64,000 bases of DNA from an uncultured Verrucomicrobiae bacterium (GCA_963813135.1 CAWEXY010000011.1:1-64000); one strand, 5' to 3'; numbered from the stretch's first letter, positions 1 through 11,294 are shown. Numbers and translations: made by a program. Notes: generated by a model from the sequence alone, not told the origin.

Positions 1-1272
1 ACAGGCATCGCCGTCATCATTTTTTCTTCGCAGGTCAAAGACTTTTGCGGCCTGCACATCCCCCAGCTGCCTGCTGATTTTATTCCTAAGTGGCGCGCCA
101 TCTTTGCAGCCCTGCCTACGCTCGATCCCGCTACATTTGGCCTTTCTGCGGGAACTCTTGCCTTAATCCTTCTCGTCCGGCGATTCATTCCCGTCCTTCC
201 TTGGGGGATCACCGCAGTCGTCCTGGCCACGCTCGTTTCTTGGATCTTCCATCTGCCCGTCGATACGATCGCCTCGCGGTTCGGGGAGATCAAGCGGTCT
301 TTCCCGCTGCCCGAGCTGCCCTCTTTTTCAGGAATAGATCTCGACTGGCGTAATCTCATTCCTGACGCCATCACGATCGCCTTTTTAGCCGGCATTGAAT
401 CTCTGCTCTCTGCCGTCGTCGCCGATGGGATGGGAGGGACGCGGCATCGTTCTAACTGCGAACTTATGGCGCAGGGTTTTGCCAACATCGGCTCTATCCT
501 CTTCGGCGGCATCCCGGCGACAGGCGCGATTGCCCGCACGGCCACCAACATCAAAACCGGCGCCAAAACACCTGTCGCCGGGATGATTCATGCGGTAACG
601 CTGTTGCTGATTATTTTTGCATTTGCGCCTCTGGTCAGCCAAATCCCCCTCGCTGCCTTGGCGGCTGTTTTAATGATGGTCGCTTGGAACATGAGCGAGC
701 TCGAGCATTTCGTCCATCTGTTCAAAGCCCCTGTCGGTGACCGCGTCGTCTTACTGGCGACCTTTCTGCTCACTGTTTTGGTCGATCTGACGACGGGCGT
801 CGAGATCGGCATGATCCTGGCCGTTTTTTTATTTGTGAAAAGAATGGGCGATATGCCCGGCGTCGTCTCTCTTGCGGTCTTTGAACAAGACGTATCCGAT
901 AAAGGTGACCTTGAGGCCATGGCGCAAAAAAAATTACCGCCGCATGTCGAGGTCTATGAAATCACGGGACCCTTTTTCTTTGGCGTGGCAGACAGTTTAA
1001 AGAATGTCCTTTCGAATATCGAGTTTCCATCTAAAGTATTTATTTTGCGGATGCGCAAAGTTCCCATTATCGATGCGAGCGGGATGTCGGCGCTACGGGA
1101 GTTTTACGACAAGTGCCATAAAGAGGGCACGGTCCTGCTTCTGACAGAAGTGCATGATCAGCTTCTGGCGCCGCTGAAGAAATTTGGACTTATCGATCTC
1201 ATCGGTTCTGACAACATTTTTCCCGATATAGATAGAGCCCTAGAAAAAGCAAAAAGCCTCTCTCGTAAATAA
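1..1272 (+). CDS. SulP family sulfate/anion permease with C-terminal STAS domain (5' truncated by window edge)
   Basis: Frame 1 is open from base 1 (TGIAVIIFSSQVKDF...) into the 430..1272 ORF; SulP motifs IESLLSAVVAD and PATGAIARTATN; STAS-like EITGPFFFG...IDASG. Confidence 0.92.
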   Translation, partial: TGIAVIIFSSQVKDFCGLHIPQLPADFIPKWRAIFAALPTLDPATFGLSAGTLALILLVRRFIPVLPWGITAVVLATLVSWIFHLPVDTIASRFGEIKRSFPLPELPSFSGIDLDWRNLIPDAITIAFLAGIESLLSAVVADGMGGTRHRSNCELMAQGFANIGSILFGGIPATGAIARTATNIKTGAKTPVAGMIHAVTLLLIIFAFAPLVSQIPLAALAAVLMMVAWNMSELEHFVHLFKAPVGDRVVLLATFLLTVLVDLTTGVEIGMILAVFLFVKRMGDMPGVVSLAVFEQDVSDKGDLEAMAQKKLPPHVEVYEITGPFFFGVADSLKNVLSNIEFPSKVFILRMRKVPIIDASGMSALREFYDKCHKEGTVLLLTEVHDQLLAPLKKFGLIDLIGSDNIFPDIDRALEKAKSLSRK

Positions 1273-1280
1273 AGAGAGGC
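1256..1280. terminator. Hairpin between convergent sulP and grgA
   Basis: GCCTCTCT(1256-1263)/AGAGAGGC(1273-1280) stem preceded by an A-run. Confidence 0.5.
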
Positions 1281-1291
1281 CTTCATGCATT

Positions 1292-2041
1292 TTATGAAAT
1301 AAAATGCGTCCAGCCGGTCGCTCCTGTGGAGAAAAAGGTCGAGGTTGTCTCGGTCGTGACGCGGTTTAAGGGATTGGATTCTCCGCCTTCATCGTCTTCT
1401 TTTTTCTCTTCAGGCGCGGGCTCTTCGATAGGAGCATTTTCGGAGTGTTTGCGGTGAAACTTCTCAGAAATGAGCGAGGTCGGCGGGGGAAGAAGGTGGC
1501 CAAAGATATTGGAGCCTTCTTGCGCAGGCGCCGGCTGCTCGTTAGAGGATTCTTCAGAAGGGGCTGGCTCTTCAGAAACAGGCTCCTTAGGAGCTTCAGG
1601 TGCGCGCGGGCGCATATCATCGCGCTCGTCGTGGCGGCGGCGGCGATGGCGGCGGCGGCCATGGCGTCTTTCTTGCATGGGGCCTTCGGAAGTTGCGGGC
1701 GCTTCTTCGGAAGCTTCGGCGGGTTCTTCTTCGGAGCGCTCTTCGCGGCGGACGGGGGCTTCGCGGCCTCCGCCGATTTTGATGGTGCGCTCAAAAGAGG
1801 CGTTTTTCAGGACGACGCGGGTCTCTTTGACTTCGAGCACTTCATAGTCTCCAACGGGGACTAGGAATGGGCGCGGACGCTCTTGCGAGCGGAAAAAGAG
1901 GGCTTGTCCAAAGGAGACGACTTCGACGGCGTCGACAGTAAATTCTTCTTGCCCGTCGGATTTGCTGCTGCGAACGGTGAGTTTGCAGCCGTCTTTCGGG
2001 GTGATGATGGTTTCAATGATAGGTTCACGTGTGTAATTCAT
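1292..2041 (-). CDS. grgA: Chlamydial transcription factor GrgA (CT504-like)
   Basis: N-terminus MNYTREPIIETIITPKDGCKLTVRSSK...PFLVPVGDYEV resembles GrgA; Arg-rich central patch; directly downstream of gap; start reassigned to ATG 2041. Confidence 0.85.
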   Translation of the reverse strand: MNYTREPIIETIITPKDGCKLTVRSSKSDGQEEFTVDAVEVVSFGQALFFRSQERPRPFLVPVGDYEVLEVKETRVVLKNASFERTIKIGGGREAPVRREERSEEEPAEASEEAPATSEGPMQERRHGRRRHRRRRHDERDDMRPRAPEAPKEPVSEEPAPSEESSNEQPAPAQEGSNIFGHLLPPPTSLISEKFHRKHSENAPIEEPAPEEKKEDDEGGESNPLNRVTTETTSTFFSTGATGWTHFIS

Positions 2042-2045
2042 ATAA

Positions 2046-3059
2046 TTATTCTTTTTTTGCCATGTATTTGAGGAGATCGACGACGCGGTGGGAATATCCC
2101 ATCTCGTTGTCATACCAGGCGATGAGTTTGTAAAAGCGACTATTCAGCGCTATTCCAGCTCCTTTGTCAAAAATACAAGAGGAGGACGTTCCGATAAAAT
2201 CGGAGGAAACAACTTCATCTTCGCAGTATTCGAGAAGGCCTTTTAGGGGGCCTTCGGCGGCTTTTTTCATTGCCTGGCAAATCTCTTCGTAGGTGGTTTC
2301 TTTTTTTAGCCGCACAGTCAGGTCGACGACCGATACATCGGCCGTCGGAACGCGAAACGCCATTCCGGTGAGTTTGCCTTTGACTTCAGGAAGGCAAAGT
2401 CCTACAACTTTCGCTGCACCGGTTGAGGAAGGAATGATATTAATTCCCGCTGCACGACCTCCGCGGGGATCCTTTTTTGAAGGACCATCGACGGTGGGTT
2501 GCGAGGCGGTGAGAGAATGAACGGTCGTCATGAGCCCTTCTTCGAAACCGAAGTTATCGACAAGAACTTTCGTGAGGACCGCTAAACAATTGGTTGTGCA
2601 AGAGGCGTTGGAGACGATGGTATCGGTTGCAGGGTTGTATTTTTCGTGGTTCACACCCATGCAAAAGGTCGGCAGCTCTTCCTTGCCGGGAGCGGTCAAA
2701 ACGACCCTTTTAGCTCCAGCTTGGATATGCTTTTTTGCGTCTTCCAACTTGGTAAAATGTCCGCTCGACTCCACAACGTAATCGACGCCCAGTTTCTTCC
2801 AAGGAAGGAGGCTAGGGTCTTTTTCGGAGAAGACGGCGACTTTATTGCCGTCGGCAATGATAGAGTTTCCTTCGACGGAAATGTCGAAAGGAGCTCTTCG
2901 ATGCACCGAATCGTATTTGAGGAGGTAGGCGAGGTTTTCAGCCGGAACGAGGTCATTGATCGCTACGACAACGACGTCTTTGGCATGCAGCTCCGTTAGG
3001 ATACGAAAAACGAGTCGTCCTATACGTCCAAATCCATTGATAGCAACCTTAAGAGGCAT
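2046..3059 (-). CDS. gap: Type I glyceraldehyde-3-phosphate dehydrogenase
   Basis: INGFGRIGR, catalytic [13 protein letters not shown]. Confidence 0.98.
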   Translation of the reverse strand: MPLKVAINGFGRIGRLVFRILTELHAKDVVVVAINDLVPAENLAYLLKYDSVHRRAPFDISVEGNSIIADGNKVAVFSEKDPSLLPWKKLGVDYVVESSGHFTKLEDAKKHIQAGAKRVVLTAPGKEELPTFCMGVNHEKYNPATDTIVSNASCTTNCLAVLTKVLVDNFGFEEGLMTTVHSLTASQPTVDGPSKKDPRGGRAAGINIIPSSTGAAKVVGLCLPEVKGKLTGMAFRVPTADVSVVDLTVRLKKETTYEEICQAMKKAAEGPLKGLLEYCEDEVVSSDFIGTSSSCIFDKGAGIALNSRFYKLIAWYDNEMGYSHRVVDLLKYMAKKE

Positions 3060-3085
3060 GCGGGGCTCCGGTAAAACTTCCTTTC

Positions 3086-3114
3086 ATCATATAGTAGTTT
3101 AAGGGCGTTGTAAA
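3086..3114 (-). promoter_or_regulatory. Putative sigma66 promoter of gap-grgA
   Basis: Minus strand TTTACA-17 nt-TATGAT. Confidence 0.55.
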
Positions 3115-3156
3115 GGAATTTGGGTCGATTTCCCAAGCTGCCTGAAACAGCTCCTT

Positions 3157-3810
3157 TTATGCTTTTAAAGTAAAAGAAGAAAAAAATTCGTCCCTTATTG
3201 GATTTGTCTTTCCGTCATATGTTTTATCAAAAAGTATGTATAGGCCAGAGTTAGTTGAGTAAGTTCTTATGCAACTTCCTTTCTTCTCTTTTCCAGTTTT
3301 TGACGATCTTATAGAGGAAGGTTCTATGCGAAATTCTGTAACAAGAAATCTATCGTGAGGAATTTGCATTTTCGTTGCCGCTGTTATTACTTCCTTGGCC
3401 TTAGGCTGAAACGCTATCAAAAACTCTTGTACAGAACATTCCAAGGACTCATATGAAGAGGGGCGCTTAAGATTTCCTACAAAGGGGCTATACATTATGC
3501 CCACGCTTGAAATTTTACTATTTATATAAGTATATTCATAATTTTCAATTCGATGTCTGTCCACTTTAATCTCAAGTATTCTATGGGAAAAGGGATCTTT
3601 CAGAAAGGAGTTAAAAGGGACATTGATACACGCAGTTTGTTCGTCCTCAGTTTGTTCGTCCTCAGTTTGTTCGTTTCGTGCAAGGCGAAAGGGGAACCAT
3701 TGAGCATGGTTTCGATTAAATGGGTAATCCAATTCGACAGTGAGTTGATTGACGCCCATATTATTTAGTGCCGACGTGCTTTGTAGAGTATTTTGTATTT
3801 GCATTGTCAT
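3157..3810 (-). CDS. Hypothetical protein (AT-rich orphan)
   Basis: 217-aa ORF with AAGGA upstream; no recognisable domain. Confidence 0.7.
   Translation of the reverse strand: MTMQIQNTLQSTSALNNMGVNQLTVELDYPFNRNHAQWFPFRLARNEQTEDEQTEDEQTACINVPFNSFLKDPFSHRILEIKVDRHRIENYEYTYINSKISSVGIMYSPFVGNLKRPSSYESLECSVQEFLIAFQPKAKEVITAATKMQIPHDRFLVTEFRIEPSSIRSSKTGKEKKGSCIRTYSTNSGLYILFDKTYDGKTNPIRDEFFSSFTLKA
3633..3674. repeat. 15-bp tandem repeat (~2.8 copies, encodes EQTED)
   Basis: CAGTTTGTTCGTCCT at 3633 and 3648, partial copy at 3663. Confidence 0.9.
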
Positions 3811-3877
3811 ACAATATCCTTAAATTAATGGATATATTTTAAATGAATGAATCAAAATTAGCAAGAAATTTGATTTT

Positions 3878-3911
3878 AAAAAAAAGCGCCAAGTTATATT
3901 TTAACTTGGCG
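3878..3911 (-). terminator. Rho-independent terminator of the rpoA-rplQ operon
   Basis: CGCCAAGTTA/TAACTTGGCG 10-bp stem followed on the minus strand by a U-tract (A-run 3878-3885). Confidence 0.85.
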
Positions 3912-3935
3912 TCTTTAAATCTTTAAGTTGATATT

Positions 3936-4373
3936 TTACTGAGCAAGGAGCTCGATGACGCAGGTAGGAGCGTTGTCCCCTACGCGTTGGCTAAGGCGAA
4001 GAATGCGGGTATAGCCGCCTTTGCGCTCAGCAAATCGTGCGGCGAGGTCGGTGAAGAGCTTGCCGATGACGAGACGATCGTTGTTATAGATGTCTTCTTT
4101 TTTCTCTTTGCCGGCTTTGATCGCGCGGGCTTCTTTAGAAGTGACCGGGTTGTAGGTGATCATGAGCTCGGCAATCGCCTGACGGCGGTGGGCGAGCGTG
4201 CCCTTTTTAGCAAGGGTGATCACATGGTCAGCATGGCGGCGCAGTTCTTTCGCTTTTGCGACGGTGGTCTCGATGCGTTCGTGCTCGAAGAGAGACTTGA
4301 GCATGTTCGCGATGAGGCAGCGGCGGTGCCCCGATTTGCGGCCGAGTTTAAATGTGTGTTTTCCGTGTCTCAT
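3936..4373 (-). CDS. rplQ: 50S ribosomal protein L17
   Basis: MRHGK...[15 protein letters not shown]...GGYTRI; carries an internal insertion. Confidence 0.97.
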   Translation of the reverse strand: MRHGKHTFKLGRKSGHRRCLIANMLKSLFEHERIETTVAKAKELRRHADHVITLAKKGTLAHRRQAIAELMITYNPVTSKEARAIKAGKEKKEDIYNNDRLVIGKLFTDLAARFAERKGGYTRILRLSQRVGDNAPTCVIELLAQ

Positions 4374-4376
4374 GGA

Positions 4377-5474
4377 TTATACCTCTTTCGCTGCGCGCTC
4401 AGCTAAATATTCAGTTAGGACTTGCTTGACGTTATCGCGGGTGATACCGATGCGGGAAAGGTCCATACCGAGAGAAAGTCCGAGCTCTTCGAGCTTCGCT
4501 TTGATCTCGCTTAAGGATTTTTTTCCGAAATTACGGAATTTCAGCATTTCCGATTCGGGCATCACGACGAGTTCGCCGATGGTTTCGATGTTAGCTCCGG
4601 CGAGGCAGTTGGTCGAACGGACAGAAAGCTCGATCTCATTGATTTTGAGAACGAGTTTTTGGAGAATGGAATCTCGATCCGTGCTCATCTCGATGGCGCC
4701 CTGGTCAAATGTGATATCGTGGGCTTTCAGGAGGAGGAACACTTGGAAATGGGTGATGGCGATCTGGACGGCAAAGCCAAGGGCTTCGTCGGGGGACAGC
4801 CTTCCATCGGTGGTCACTTCGAGAATAAGACGGTCAAAGTCCGTGTCTTGTCCTACGCGGGTATTTTCGACAAAGTAATTGACGAGGCGAACAGGAGAAA
4901 AAGCAGAGTCGAGAAGGATTTCATCGATCACTTTTTCTTTCATGACATGTCTCTCGGAAGGAACATATCCACGGCCGATTGCAATCTTGAGATCGACTCG
5001 TTTCATCATCGGCTTGGTTACCGTGAAGATGGGCTGATCAGGATTGACGACATCGAAGTCGGAATCCCCGAGCAGGTCGCCGAGGGTGACCATGTACTGG
5101 CCGCCTTCTTTGTCGAGCATATCGCCGGTCACATCGATGACTTTAGAAATGACTCTTGGCTCACGGGAAATATGTTCTTCTTCGATGGGGAGCTTGCGGA
5201 GAAGCGCCGATTTGAGATTGAGGATAATGTGGGTCATATCCTCGACGATGCCTTCGATGGCGGTATATTCGTGCGGCACGCCTTCAATTCGCACTGAAAC
5301 AATAGCAGGCGCTTCCATCGAGGTGAGGAGGATACGTCGCAGGGCATTGCCTACGGTATGTCCAAATCCACGTTCAAATGGCTCTGCGATAAAGCGGCAA
5401 AAGTTCTTCTTGCGGGACGCTTCATCTACTTTAATTTTCGAGGGCAATTCAAACTTGCCGTACTTCACTGTCAT
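4377..5474 (-). CDS. rpoA: RNA polymerase alpha subunit
   Basis: EPFERGFGHTVGNALRRILL, ELSVRSTNCL, RNFGKKSL. Confidence 0.98.
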   Translation of the reverse strand: MTVKYGKFELPSKIKVDEASRKKNFCRFIAEPFERGFGHTVGNALRRILLTSMEAPAIVSVRIEGVPHEYTAIEGIVEDMTHIILNLKSALLRKLPIEEEHISREPRVISKVIDVTGDMLDKEGGQYMVTLGDLLGDSDFDVVNPDQPIFTVTKPMMKRVDLKIAIGRGYVPSERHVMKEKVIDEILLDSAFSPVRLVNYFVENTRVGQDTDFDRLILEVTTDGRLSPDEALGFAVQIAITHFQVFLLLKAHDITFDQGAIEMSTDRDSILQKLVLKINEIELSVRSTNCLAGANIETIGELVVMPESEMLKFRNFGKKSLSEIKAKLEELGLSLGMDLSRIGITRDNVKQVLTEYLAERAAKEV

Positions 5475-5493
5475 GATTTTCTCCTAATAAACT

Positions 5494-5916
5494 CTAGACG
5501 CGACGTCTCTTTCTGGCGCGACAGCCGTTGTGAGGAACGGGTGTACTATCGCGGATTAATGAAATAATAAGTCCTGCACTTTGAAGTCCGCGCACGGCTG
5601 ATTCGCGGCCGGCCCCGGGCCCTTTAAGGTTGACCTCAACTTCTTTCATGCCGACAGCAAGCGCGCCCTTTGCGGCATCTTGGGCGGCGACTGTTGCGGC
5701 GAAAGCTGAGGATTTGCGGGAACCGTTGTAACCAAGTTTTCCAGGCGAGGACCACGAAATTACTTGCCCTGAAGGATCTGTGATCGACACGATCGTATTG
5801 TTAAATGTAGCAAGAACGTGTGCCACCCCGATCGGGACGTTGCGAGCTGTTTTTTTGCGCGTTTTTACAGGGGGCTTTTTATAATCGGGTTTTTCTGATT
5901 TAGATGTTTCTTTCAT
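5494..5916 (-). CDS. rpsK: 30S ribosomal protein S11
   Basis: [30 protein letters not shown]. Confidence 0.98.
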   Translation of the reverse strand: MKETSKSEKPDYKKPPVKTRKKTARNVPIGVAHVLATFNNTIVSITDPSGQVISWSSPGKLGYNGSRKSSAFAATVAAQDAAKGALAVGMKEVEVNLKGPGAGRESAVRGLQSAGLIISLIRDSTPVPHNGCRARKRRRV

Positions 5917-5919
5917 GGT

Positions 5920-6288
5920 TTATTTCTTCTTCCCAGCTACAGTTTTGCGTTTGCCTTTACGTGTTCTTGAGTTAGAACGAGTTCTTTGGCCGCGTACGGG
6001 GAGGCCCAGACGGTGGCGCATGCCTCGATAAGAGTGGATGCTGATGAGGCGTTTAATGTTGTTTTGGATCTGGCGGCGCAGGTCTCCCTCGACAACATAC
6101 TCCGACTGGAGCGTCGCGTTTAAGCGCGAAATGTCGTCTTCTGTGAGTTTATGCGCACGCATATTAGGATCTAGTCCTAATTTTGCAATGATTTGATTGG
6201 AGAGTTTACGCCCAATTCCATAGATGTACATAAGGGCGATTTCGAGCCTCTTATTATCGGGAATATCAACGCCGATCACGCGAGCCAT
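5920..6288 (-). CDS. rpsM: 30S ribosomal protein S13
   Basis: [27 protein letters not shown]. Confidence 0.98.
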   Translation of the reverse strand: MARVIGVDIPDNKRLEIALMYIYGIGRKLSNQIIAKLGLDPNMRAHKLTEDDISRLNATLQSEYVVEGDLRRQIQNNIKRLISIHSYRGMRHRLGLPVRGQRTRSNSRTRKGKRKTVAGKKK

Positions 6289-6315
6289 GCTAAATTCCTT
6301 TTTTAGTATCTGATG

Positions 6316-6344
6316 AGTGTATCATGGGGAGTATTTATGCTCAA
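6316..6344 (-). promoter_or_regulatory. Putative internal sigma66 promoter of the alpha operon (rpsM)
   Basis: Minus strand TTGAGC-17 nt-TACACT in the secY-rpsM gap. Confidence 0.6.
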
Positions 6345-6351
6345 GGGGTTT

Positions 6352-7725
6352 TCAACGCCCGCGAACTCTCCCCACTTTCATAAATCCATCGTACCTCTTC
6401 ATCAAGAGGTGCGATTCTATCTGCTTTGTCGTATCCAGGACGACGCCTACTAGGATCAGAAGGGAAGTCCCTCCAAAAAAATGACTTATAGCGGCATCGA
6501 CTCCTAAAATACGGCTGACGAGGGTGGGCAGAATCGCGATAAGGGCCAAAAAGAGGGCTCCAGCAAGGGTTATACGTCCCATGGTTGATTCTAAATAATC
6601 TTGTGTAGGTTTGCCTTGGCGAATGCCAGGGATAAAAGCCCCGTTTTTCTTCATGTCGGAAGCGATTTGCTCGGGGTGGAATTGGGTCGCCGTCCAAAAG
6701 TAAGTAAAAAATATAATTAACAGAACATAAAGGACCATATGGACTGAGCTGCCCGGCGACAGCATGGTGGCAAACTGGCCAAACCAATTGCCGCGGCCGA
6801 TAAATTGGGCAATCGTCGCAGGGAACATAAGAAGGGAAGAAGCAAAGATAACCGGGATAACACCTGCATAATTTATTTTAAGCGGGATATAAGCATTCCC
6901 TCCCCCTTGGGTCTCATGACGGCCCACGACGCGGCGGGCGTACTGAAGGGGGATGCGGCGCTGTCCTTGGATCACGAGAATGGTGCCGAGGATGATCATG
7001 ACGAACACGATAGCAAGTATCACTAGAGAGGAGAACGTGAGCTGGCCGGGCTCTTGCGAATCTAAGTTGAGCTGTCGAATGATCGATCCGAGCGTGCTGG
7101 GAAGAGAAGATAAAATACCGATGGTGATAATGAGGCTGATCCCATTGCCGATCCCTTTCTCGGAAATTTGCTCGCCCACCCACATCAGAAGCATAGTGCC
7201 TGCCGTCATGGTCGCCATGACAATGAGATAGAAAAGCCAGGGGGTGCCAAAGAGCTGCATCTCAATGAGGGGTTGTAAAATGATGCCTGGCGATCCAGCA
7301 TTGAGCTGTACGGCATATTTCGCAAATAGACCGGCTTGAAAGAAGGCGAGGCCGACAGTCATAGCCCGTATTAAGCGTCCCATTTTTCGGCGTCCGCTAT
7401 CGGGGCTTTCCCGCATTTCCCTTTGGAGGGAGGGAACGAGCGCCATCAGGAGCTGCATGATGATCGAGGCTGAAATATAAGGCATGACGCCGAGGGCGAT
7501 CACGGTCATGTGCGCAAAAGCGCCGCCGGAAAAAACGTCCATCAATTGGAATAAATTTTGGCTTCCGCCTGTAGCTGATCGAAAAAGCTGAACGGCCATA
7601 TCCCCGTTGATGCCAGGGACCGGAATGTGAGCTCCAATGCGACAGAGCATGAGAAGAAGAAGTGTAAAGACAATCTTCGTCTTAAGCTCCGGGACAGAGA
7701 GTATCCTCTTCAGACCCTCGATCAT
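6352..7725 (-). CDS. secY: Preprotein translocase SecY
   Basis: [42 protein letters not shown]. Confidence 0.98.
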   Translation of the reverse strand: MIEGLKRILSVPELKTKIVFTLLLLMLCRIGAHIPVPGINGDMAVQLFRSATGGSQNLFQLMDVFSGGAFAHMTVIALGVMPYISASIIMQLLMALVPSLQREMRESPDSGRRKMGRLIRAMTVGLAFFQAGLFAKYAVQLNAGSPGIILQPLIEMQLFGTPWLFYLIVMATMTAGTMLLMWVGEQISEKGIGNGISLIITIGILSSLPSTLGSIIRQLNLDSQEPGQLTFSSLVILAIVFVMIILGTILVIQGQRRIPLQYARRVVGRHETQGGGNAYIPLKINYAGVIPVIFASSLLMFPATIAQFIGRGNWFGQFATMLSPGSSVHMVLYVLLIIFFTYFWTATQFHPEQIASDMKKNGAFIPGIRQGKPTQDYLESTMGRITLAGALFLALIAILPTLVSRILGVDAAISHFFGGTSLLILVGVVLDTTKQIESHLLMKRYDGFMKVGRVRGR

Positions 7726-7737
7726 AAACTCCTTACT

Positions 7738-8193
7738 TTAAGAAAGTAGTTCGTAGGAAATTTTAGCTTTGTCGAGCTTTTCTTTAGCGGACGCAGATAA
7801 AGCGTGCGCTTGGATTGTCACCTTTTTGGTCAACTCGCCGCTGCCTAAGATCTTTAGGCCGCCGGGGACTCGGCGCGGGGCCAGTCCTTTGTCTTTTAAA
7901 GTAGCAAGATTGACGGTCTCGCCTTCTTTATAGAGGCGATCGATCAGTCCGAGGTTAACGACGTGCACTTCTTTGGCAAAGCGTTCGTTGCTAAAACCGC
8001 GGATGGGAAGTTTGCGGTACAGGGGTTTTTGTCCGCCTTCGTATCCGAATCGGCATTGCGATCCGCGACGGGCGCTGTCTCCTTTGCCACCGCGGCAAGA
8101 AGTTTTACCGCGCTTAGAACCGAGTCCGCGGCCGACGCGTTGAACTTTCTTAGGAGGACGGTGGGTATCTTTCAGAGATGATAGGGATGTCAT
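7738..8193 (-). CDS. rplO: 50S ribosomal protein L15
   Basis: RVGRGLGSKRGKT, EGGQKPLYRKLP. Confidence 0.97.
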   Translation of the reverse strand: MTSLSSLKDTHRPPKKVQRVGRGLGSKRGKTSCRGGKGDSARRGSQCRFGYEGGQKPLYRKLPIRGFSNERFAKEVHVVNLGLIDRLYKEGETVNLATLKDKGLAPRRVPGGLKILGSGELTKKVTIQAHALSASAKEKLDKAKISYELLS

Positions 8194-8687
8194 GCGAGAC
8201 CTCGTGCGGCAAGCGCTTTTTTACGATTTTTAAGTTGGCTGAGTGCTTTGAGCGTCGCACGCACTTGGTTGAGGGGATTGTTCGAACCAAAGATTTTGGC
8301 GACAACGTCTTTAAGACCGCCGAGCTCCAGAACAGCACGGACTTTAGAACCGGCGATAATACCTGTTCCGAGCGGCGCGGGCTTTAGAAGAAGGGTTGAT
8401 CCATCTTGATTGACCATGATTTCATGGGGGATGCTTGTTCCTTCCATTTCAAAGGTCATAATATTTTTACGGGCAGCTTCACTTCCCTTTCGGATGGCAT
8501 CAGAGACTTCGTTGGCCTTGGCAAATCCAAACCCGATATGTCCTTGTCCATCGCCGATGATGATGAGAGCAGAAAAACTAAATTTTCTTCCCCCTTTTAC
8601 GACTTTAGAACACCGATTGATATAGAGGACTTTCTCTTCAAACTGGGTTCCTAAGTCTTCTTGGCGCTGCCGAATTTCCTTTTTCAT
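8190..8687 (-). CDS. rpsE: 30S ribosomal protein S5
   Basis: INRCSKVVKGGRKFSF, GTGIIAG. Confidence 0.97.
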   Translation of the reverse strand: MKKEIRQRQEDLGTQFEEKVLYINRCSKVVKGGRKFSFSALIIIGDGQGHIGFGFAKANEVSDAIRKGSEAARKNIMTFEMEGTSIPHEIMVNQDGSTLLLKPAPLGTGIIAGSKVRAVLELGGLKDVVAKIFGSNNPLNQVRATLKALSQLKNRKKALAARGLA

Positions 8688-8705
8688 CTTCGCTTCCTTT
8701 TCACA

Positions 8706-9074
8706 CTAAAATTGTAAACCCGCTTTCCGGGCGCTATCTGCTAGCTGAGCAATGAGTCCATGGTACTTATAATGGCCGCGGTCAAAAACAACTCTCTGTA
8801 TATTCTTGGCCAGAGCAATCTCTGCTATCTTTTGACCGAGAATGGTTGCCGCTTCTTTCGATTTGACCATTTTTTGCTTGCGCATCTCTGGCATGACGGT
8901 GCTAATCGCTGCTACCGTGTTCCCCGCTTCATCGTCGATGAGTTGGATAGAGAGGTGGCGATTGGATTTAAATACAGACATGCGGGGCTTTTCTGCATTG
9001 CCGCGGAGTTTTTTTCGAACTCTATGTCGTCTTGTGAACCGCTGACTGTTTCTTACTTTTTGTGAATTATCCAT
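8706..9074 (-). CDS. rplR: 50S ribosomal protein L18
   Basis: PRMSVFKSNRH, VFDRGHYKYHG. Confidence 0.97.
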   Translation of the reverse strand: MDNSQKVRNSQRFTRRHRVRKKLRGNAEKPRMSVFKSNRHLSIQLIDDEAGNTVAAISTVMPEMRKQKMVKSKEAATILGQKIAEIALAKNIQRVVFDRGHYKYHGLIAQLADSARKAGLQF

Positions 9075-9079
9075 AACTT

Positions 9080-9634
9080 TTATCCTGCTGCCGTCTTAGC
9101 TTTTGCGGCTTTTCCCGCTTTTTTGCGGACGTATTCATTTTCATAACGGATCCCTTTGCCTTTGTAAGGCTCGGGCGGTTTCATCCCTCGCACTTGCGCG
9201 GCAAATTGGCCGACAGCTTGCTTGTCAATGCCGGTGATGGTGATCGTCACGCTTTTATCGACAGCGACTTGAACTGTCTTGGGGATCATTACATAAGTAG
9301 GATGGGAATTTCCTACTTGAAGATCCAACTTCTGTCCTTGCACAGCGGCGCGGTATCCGACGCCAACCATGGAGAGTTTCTTTTCAAATCCTTTGGAGAC
9401 GCCGATAATCATATTATTGAGAATCGCTCTATAAAGTCCGTGGGTGATATTAGGGATTTCTTTTCCCTCTTCGCGAGAAATAATAGCGAAGCCATCTTTA
9501 ATATCGATGAGGATCCCCTCGTGCATTGGATGTGTCAGCGTTCCCTTAGGTCCTTTCACCAGGATCTGGGCTTTGTCAATCTTGATTTCGACTCCCTTGG
9601 GAATCGGTATGGGGCTTTTTCCTAATTTCGACAT
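9080..9634 (-). CDS. rplF: 50S ribosomal protein L6
   Basis: MSKLGKSPIPIP (start 9634), PPEPYKGKGIRY. Confidence 0.97.
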   Translation of the reverse strand: MSKLGKSPIPIPKGVEIKIDKAQILVKGPKGTLTHPMHEGILIDIKDGFAIISREEGKEIPNITHGLYRAILNNMIIGVSKGFEKKLSMVGVGYRAAVQGQKLDLQVGNSHPTYVMIPKTVQVAVDKSVTITITGIDKQAVGQFAAQVRGMKPPEPYKGKGIRYENEYVRKKAGKAAKAKTAAG

Positions 9635-9638
9635 GCTA

Positions 9639-10031
9639 TCACCATATGAGGCAGAGAAGCTCTCCGCCAACGTTTTGTTTACGAGCTGTTTCTCCATCGA
9701 GCACTCCTTGGGGAGTCGACAGAATAGCTGCGCCCATTCCTCCATGTACTTTCGGAATTTCGCGGGAGCCGACATAGCGTCTCAGGCCTGGAGAAGAGAT
9801 TCTCTTTAATCCTTGCAGCACAGGCTCTCTGGCTTCTGCGTAACGCAGGAAGACGCGGGCTTTACGATTTTCTTCATTCACAAGAATATGTTCGATAAAT
9901 CCGAGTTTTTCGAGGACGCGGAGCAGATCGAGGATCATGCGGCTGGAGTACAAATCGATAAAGCGATGCTTAGCACGCACGCCGTTGCGAAGACGGGTTA
10001 AAAGATCGCTGATGGGGTCACTATGCGCCAT
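9639..10031 (-). CDS. rpsH: 30S ribosomal protein S8
   Basis: [30 protein letters not shown]. Confidence 0.97.
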   Translation of the reverse strand: MAHSDPISDLLTRLRNGVRAKHRFIDLYSSRMILDLLRVLEKLGFIEHILVNEENRKARVFLRYAEAREPVLQGLKRISSPGLRRYVGSREIPKVHGGMGAAILSTPQGVLDGETARKQNVGGELLCLIW

Positions 10032-10596
10032 GTTTTACTCCTGTTTCCTTTTTGCCCTCTTCTTTTTTGAAGGGAAAGCCGAGCATCGTTAAGAGCGACA
10101 CACATTCTTCATCCGTCTTTGCCGACGTGACGAATGTGATATTCATCCCTTGGGTTCTCTTCACTTCATCGAGATTAATCTCGGGAAATACTTGCTGATC
10201 TTTCAATCCGAGCGAATAGCTTCCGCGCCCATCGCATTTGAGGGGGAAACCGCGAAAGTCTTTAATGCGCGGAGAAACAATATTGCAAAAGCGGTCTAGG
10301 AAATCATACATTCTCTTAGCTCGCAGCGTCACCTTCAGACCAATCGCTTGCCCTTCGCGGGATTTAAAGTTGGCGATCGCCTTTTTTGTCTTCGTGACGA
10401 TCGGCTTTTGTCCGGATAGGAGGGTGATCTCTTTAATGCAATCTTGGATCGCGTTCTTATCTTTGGCAGCTTCCGCAATTCCCATGCTGATAACGATTTT
10501 CTTCAGCTCAGGAACAAGCATCGGATTAGCATATTTAAACTGCTCTTGGAGTGCCCCTTTCGCTTTTTCTCGGTACTGTTTTATTAATCTAGACAT
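10021..10596 (-). CDS. rplE: 50S ribosomal protein L5
   Basis: MSRLIKQY (start 10596), [22 protein letters not shown]. Confidence 0.97.
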   Translation of the reverse strand: MSRLIKQYREKAKGALQEQFKYANPMLVPELKKIVISMGIAEAAKDKNAIQDCIKEITLLSGQKPIVTKTKKAIANFKSREGQAIGLKVTLRAKRMYDFLDRFCNIVSPRIKDFRGFPLKCDGRGSYSLGLKDQQVFPEINLDEVKRTQGMNITFVTSAKTDEECVSLLTMLGFPFKKEEGKKETGVKHGA

Positions 10597-10603
10597 ATTT
10601 TTC

Positions 10604-10924
10604 CTAAACCTTGCGAAGGACGGTCTCTTTATCGCCCTTCTTATAGTAGAGTTCTTTGGCTCCGCCTTTCGCGATGCGCGCACGAACTTTCACAGCTTTG
10701 CCTTCATCATCACAGAGCGCAACATTCGAAATGTGGATGGGCACTTCCATCTCAATGATGGAGGGGGTCTGCGTCTGAGCTTTGCGTTTCACATGCCGTT
10801 TGCGGATGTTAATCCCTTGCACGACCACGCGATCGCCCACATGGCGAAGAACCGCGCCTGTTCTCCCTTTATCATTTCCGGCAAGAACAACAACTTTATC
10901 GTCTTTTTTTATCCACTTACTCAT
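10604..10924 (-). CDS. rplX: 50S ribosomal protein L24
   Basis: KOW motif [25 protein letters not shown]. Confidence 0.97.
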   Translation of the reverse strand: MSKWIKKDDKVVVLAGNDKGRTGAVLRHVGDRVVVQGINIRKRHVKRKAQTQTPSIIEMEVPIHISNVALCDDEGKAVKVRARIAKGGAKELYYKKGDKETVLRKV

Positions 10925-10925
10925 T

Positions 10926-11294
10926 TTAAATCACCTCTGGTGCAAGGGAACTGATTTTCGCAAATCCGGCATCGCGCACTTCGCGGGCGATGGGGCCGAA
11001 AATACGTGTCCCTATCGGGTTGTCTTTATCGTCAAGCAGCACACAGCTGTTATCGTAAAAACGGATCATCGACCCGTCGGCTCGACGAATGTAGCTTTTC
11101 GTTCGAACGATGACCGCGCGAACGACCTTGCCTTCCTTGACCATGCCATCCGGCGTTGCTTCTTTCACGCTGCAGATGACGATATCGCCGACACCGGCAT
11201 AGCGTCTTTTGGATCCTTTAAGGACCTTAAAACAGCGGACTTTTTTAGCGCCGGTATTATCGGCGACTTCTAGGTTGGTTTCTTGTTGAATCAT
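10926..11294 (-). CDS. rplN: 50S ribosomal protein L14
   Basis: [30 protein letters not shown]. Confidence 0.98.
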   Translation of the reverse strand: MIQQETNLEVADNTGAKKVRCFKVLKGSKRRYAGVGDIVICSVKEATPDGMVKEGKVVRAVIVRTKSYIRRADGSMIRFYDNSCVLLDDKDNPIGTRIFGPIAREVRDAGFAKISSLAPEVI

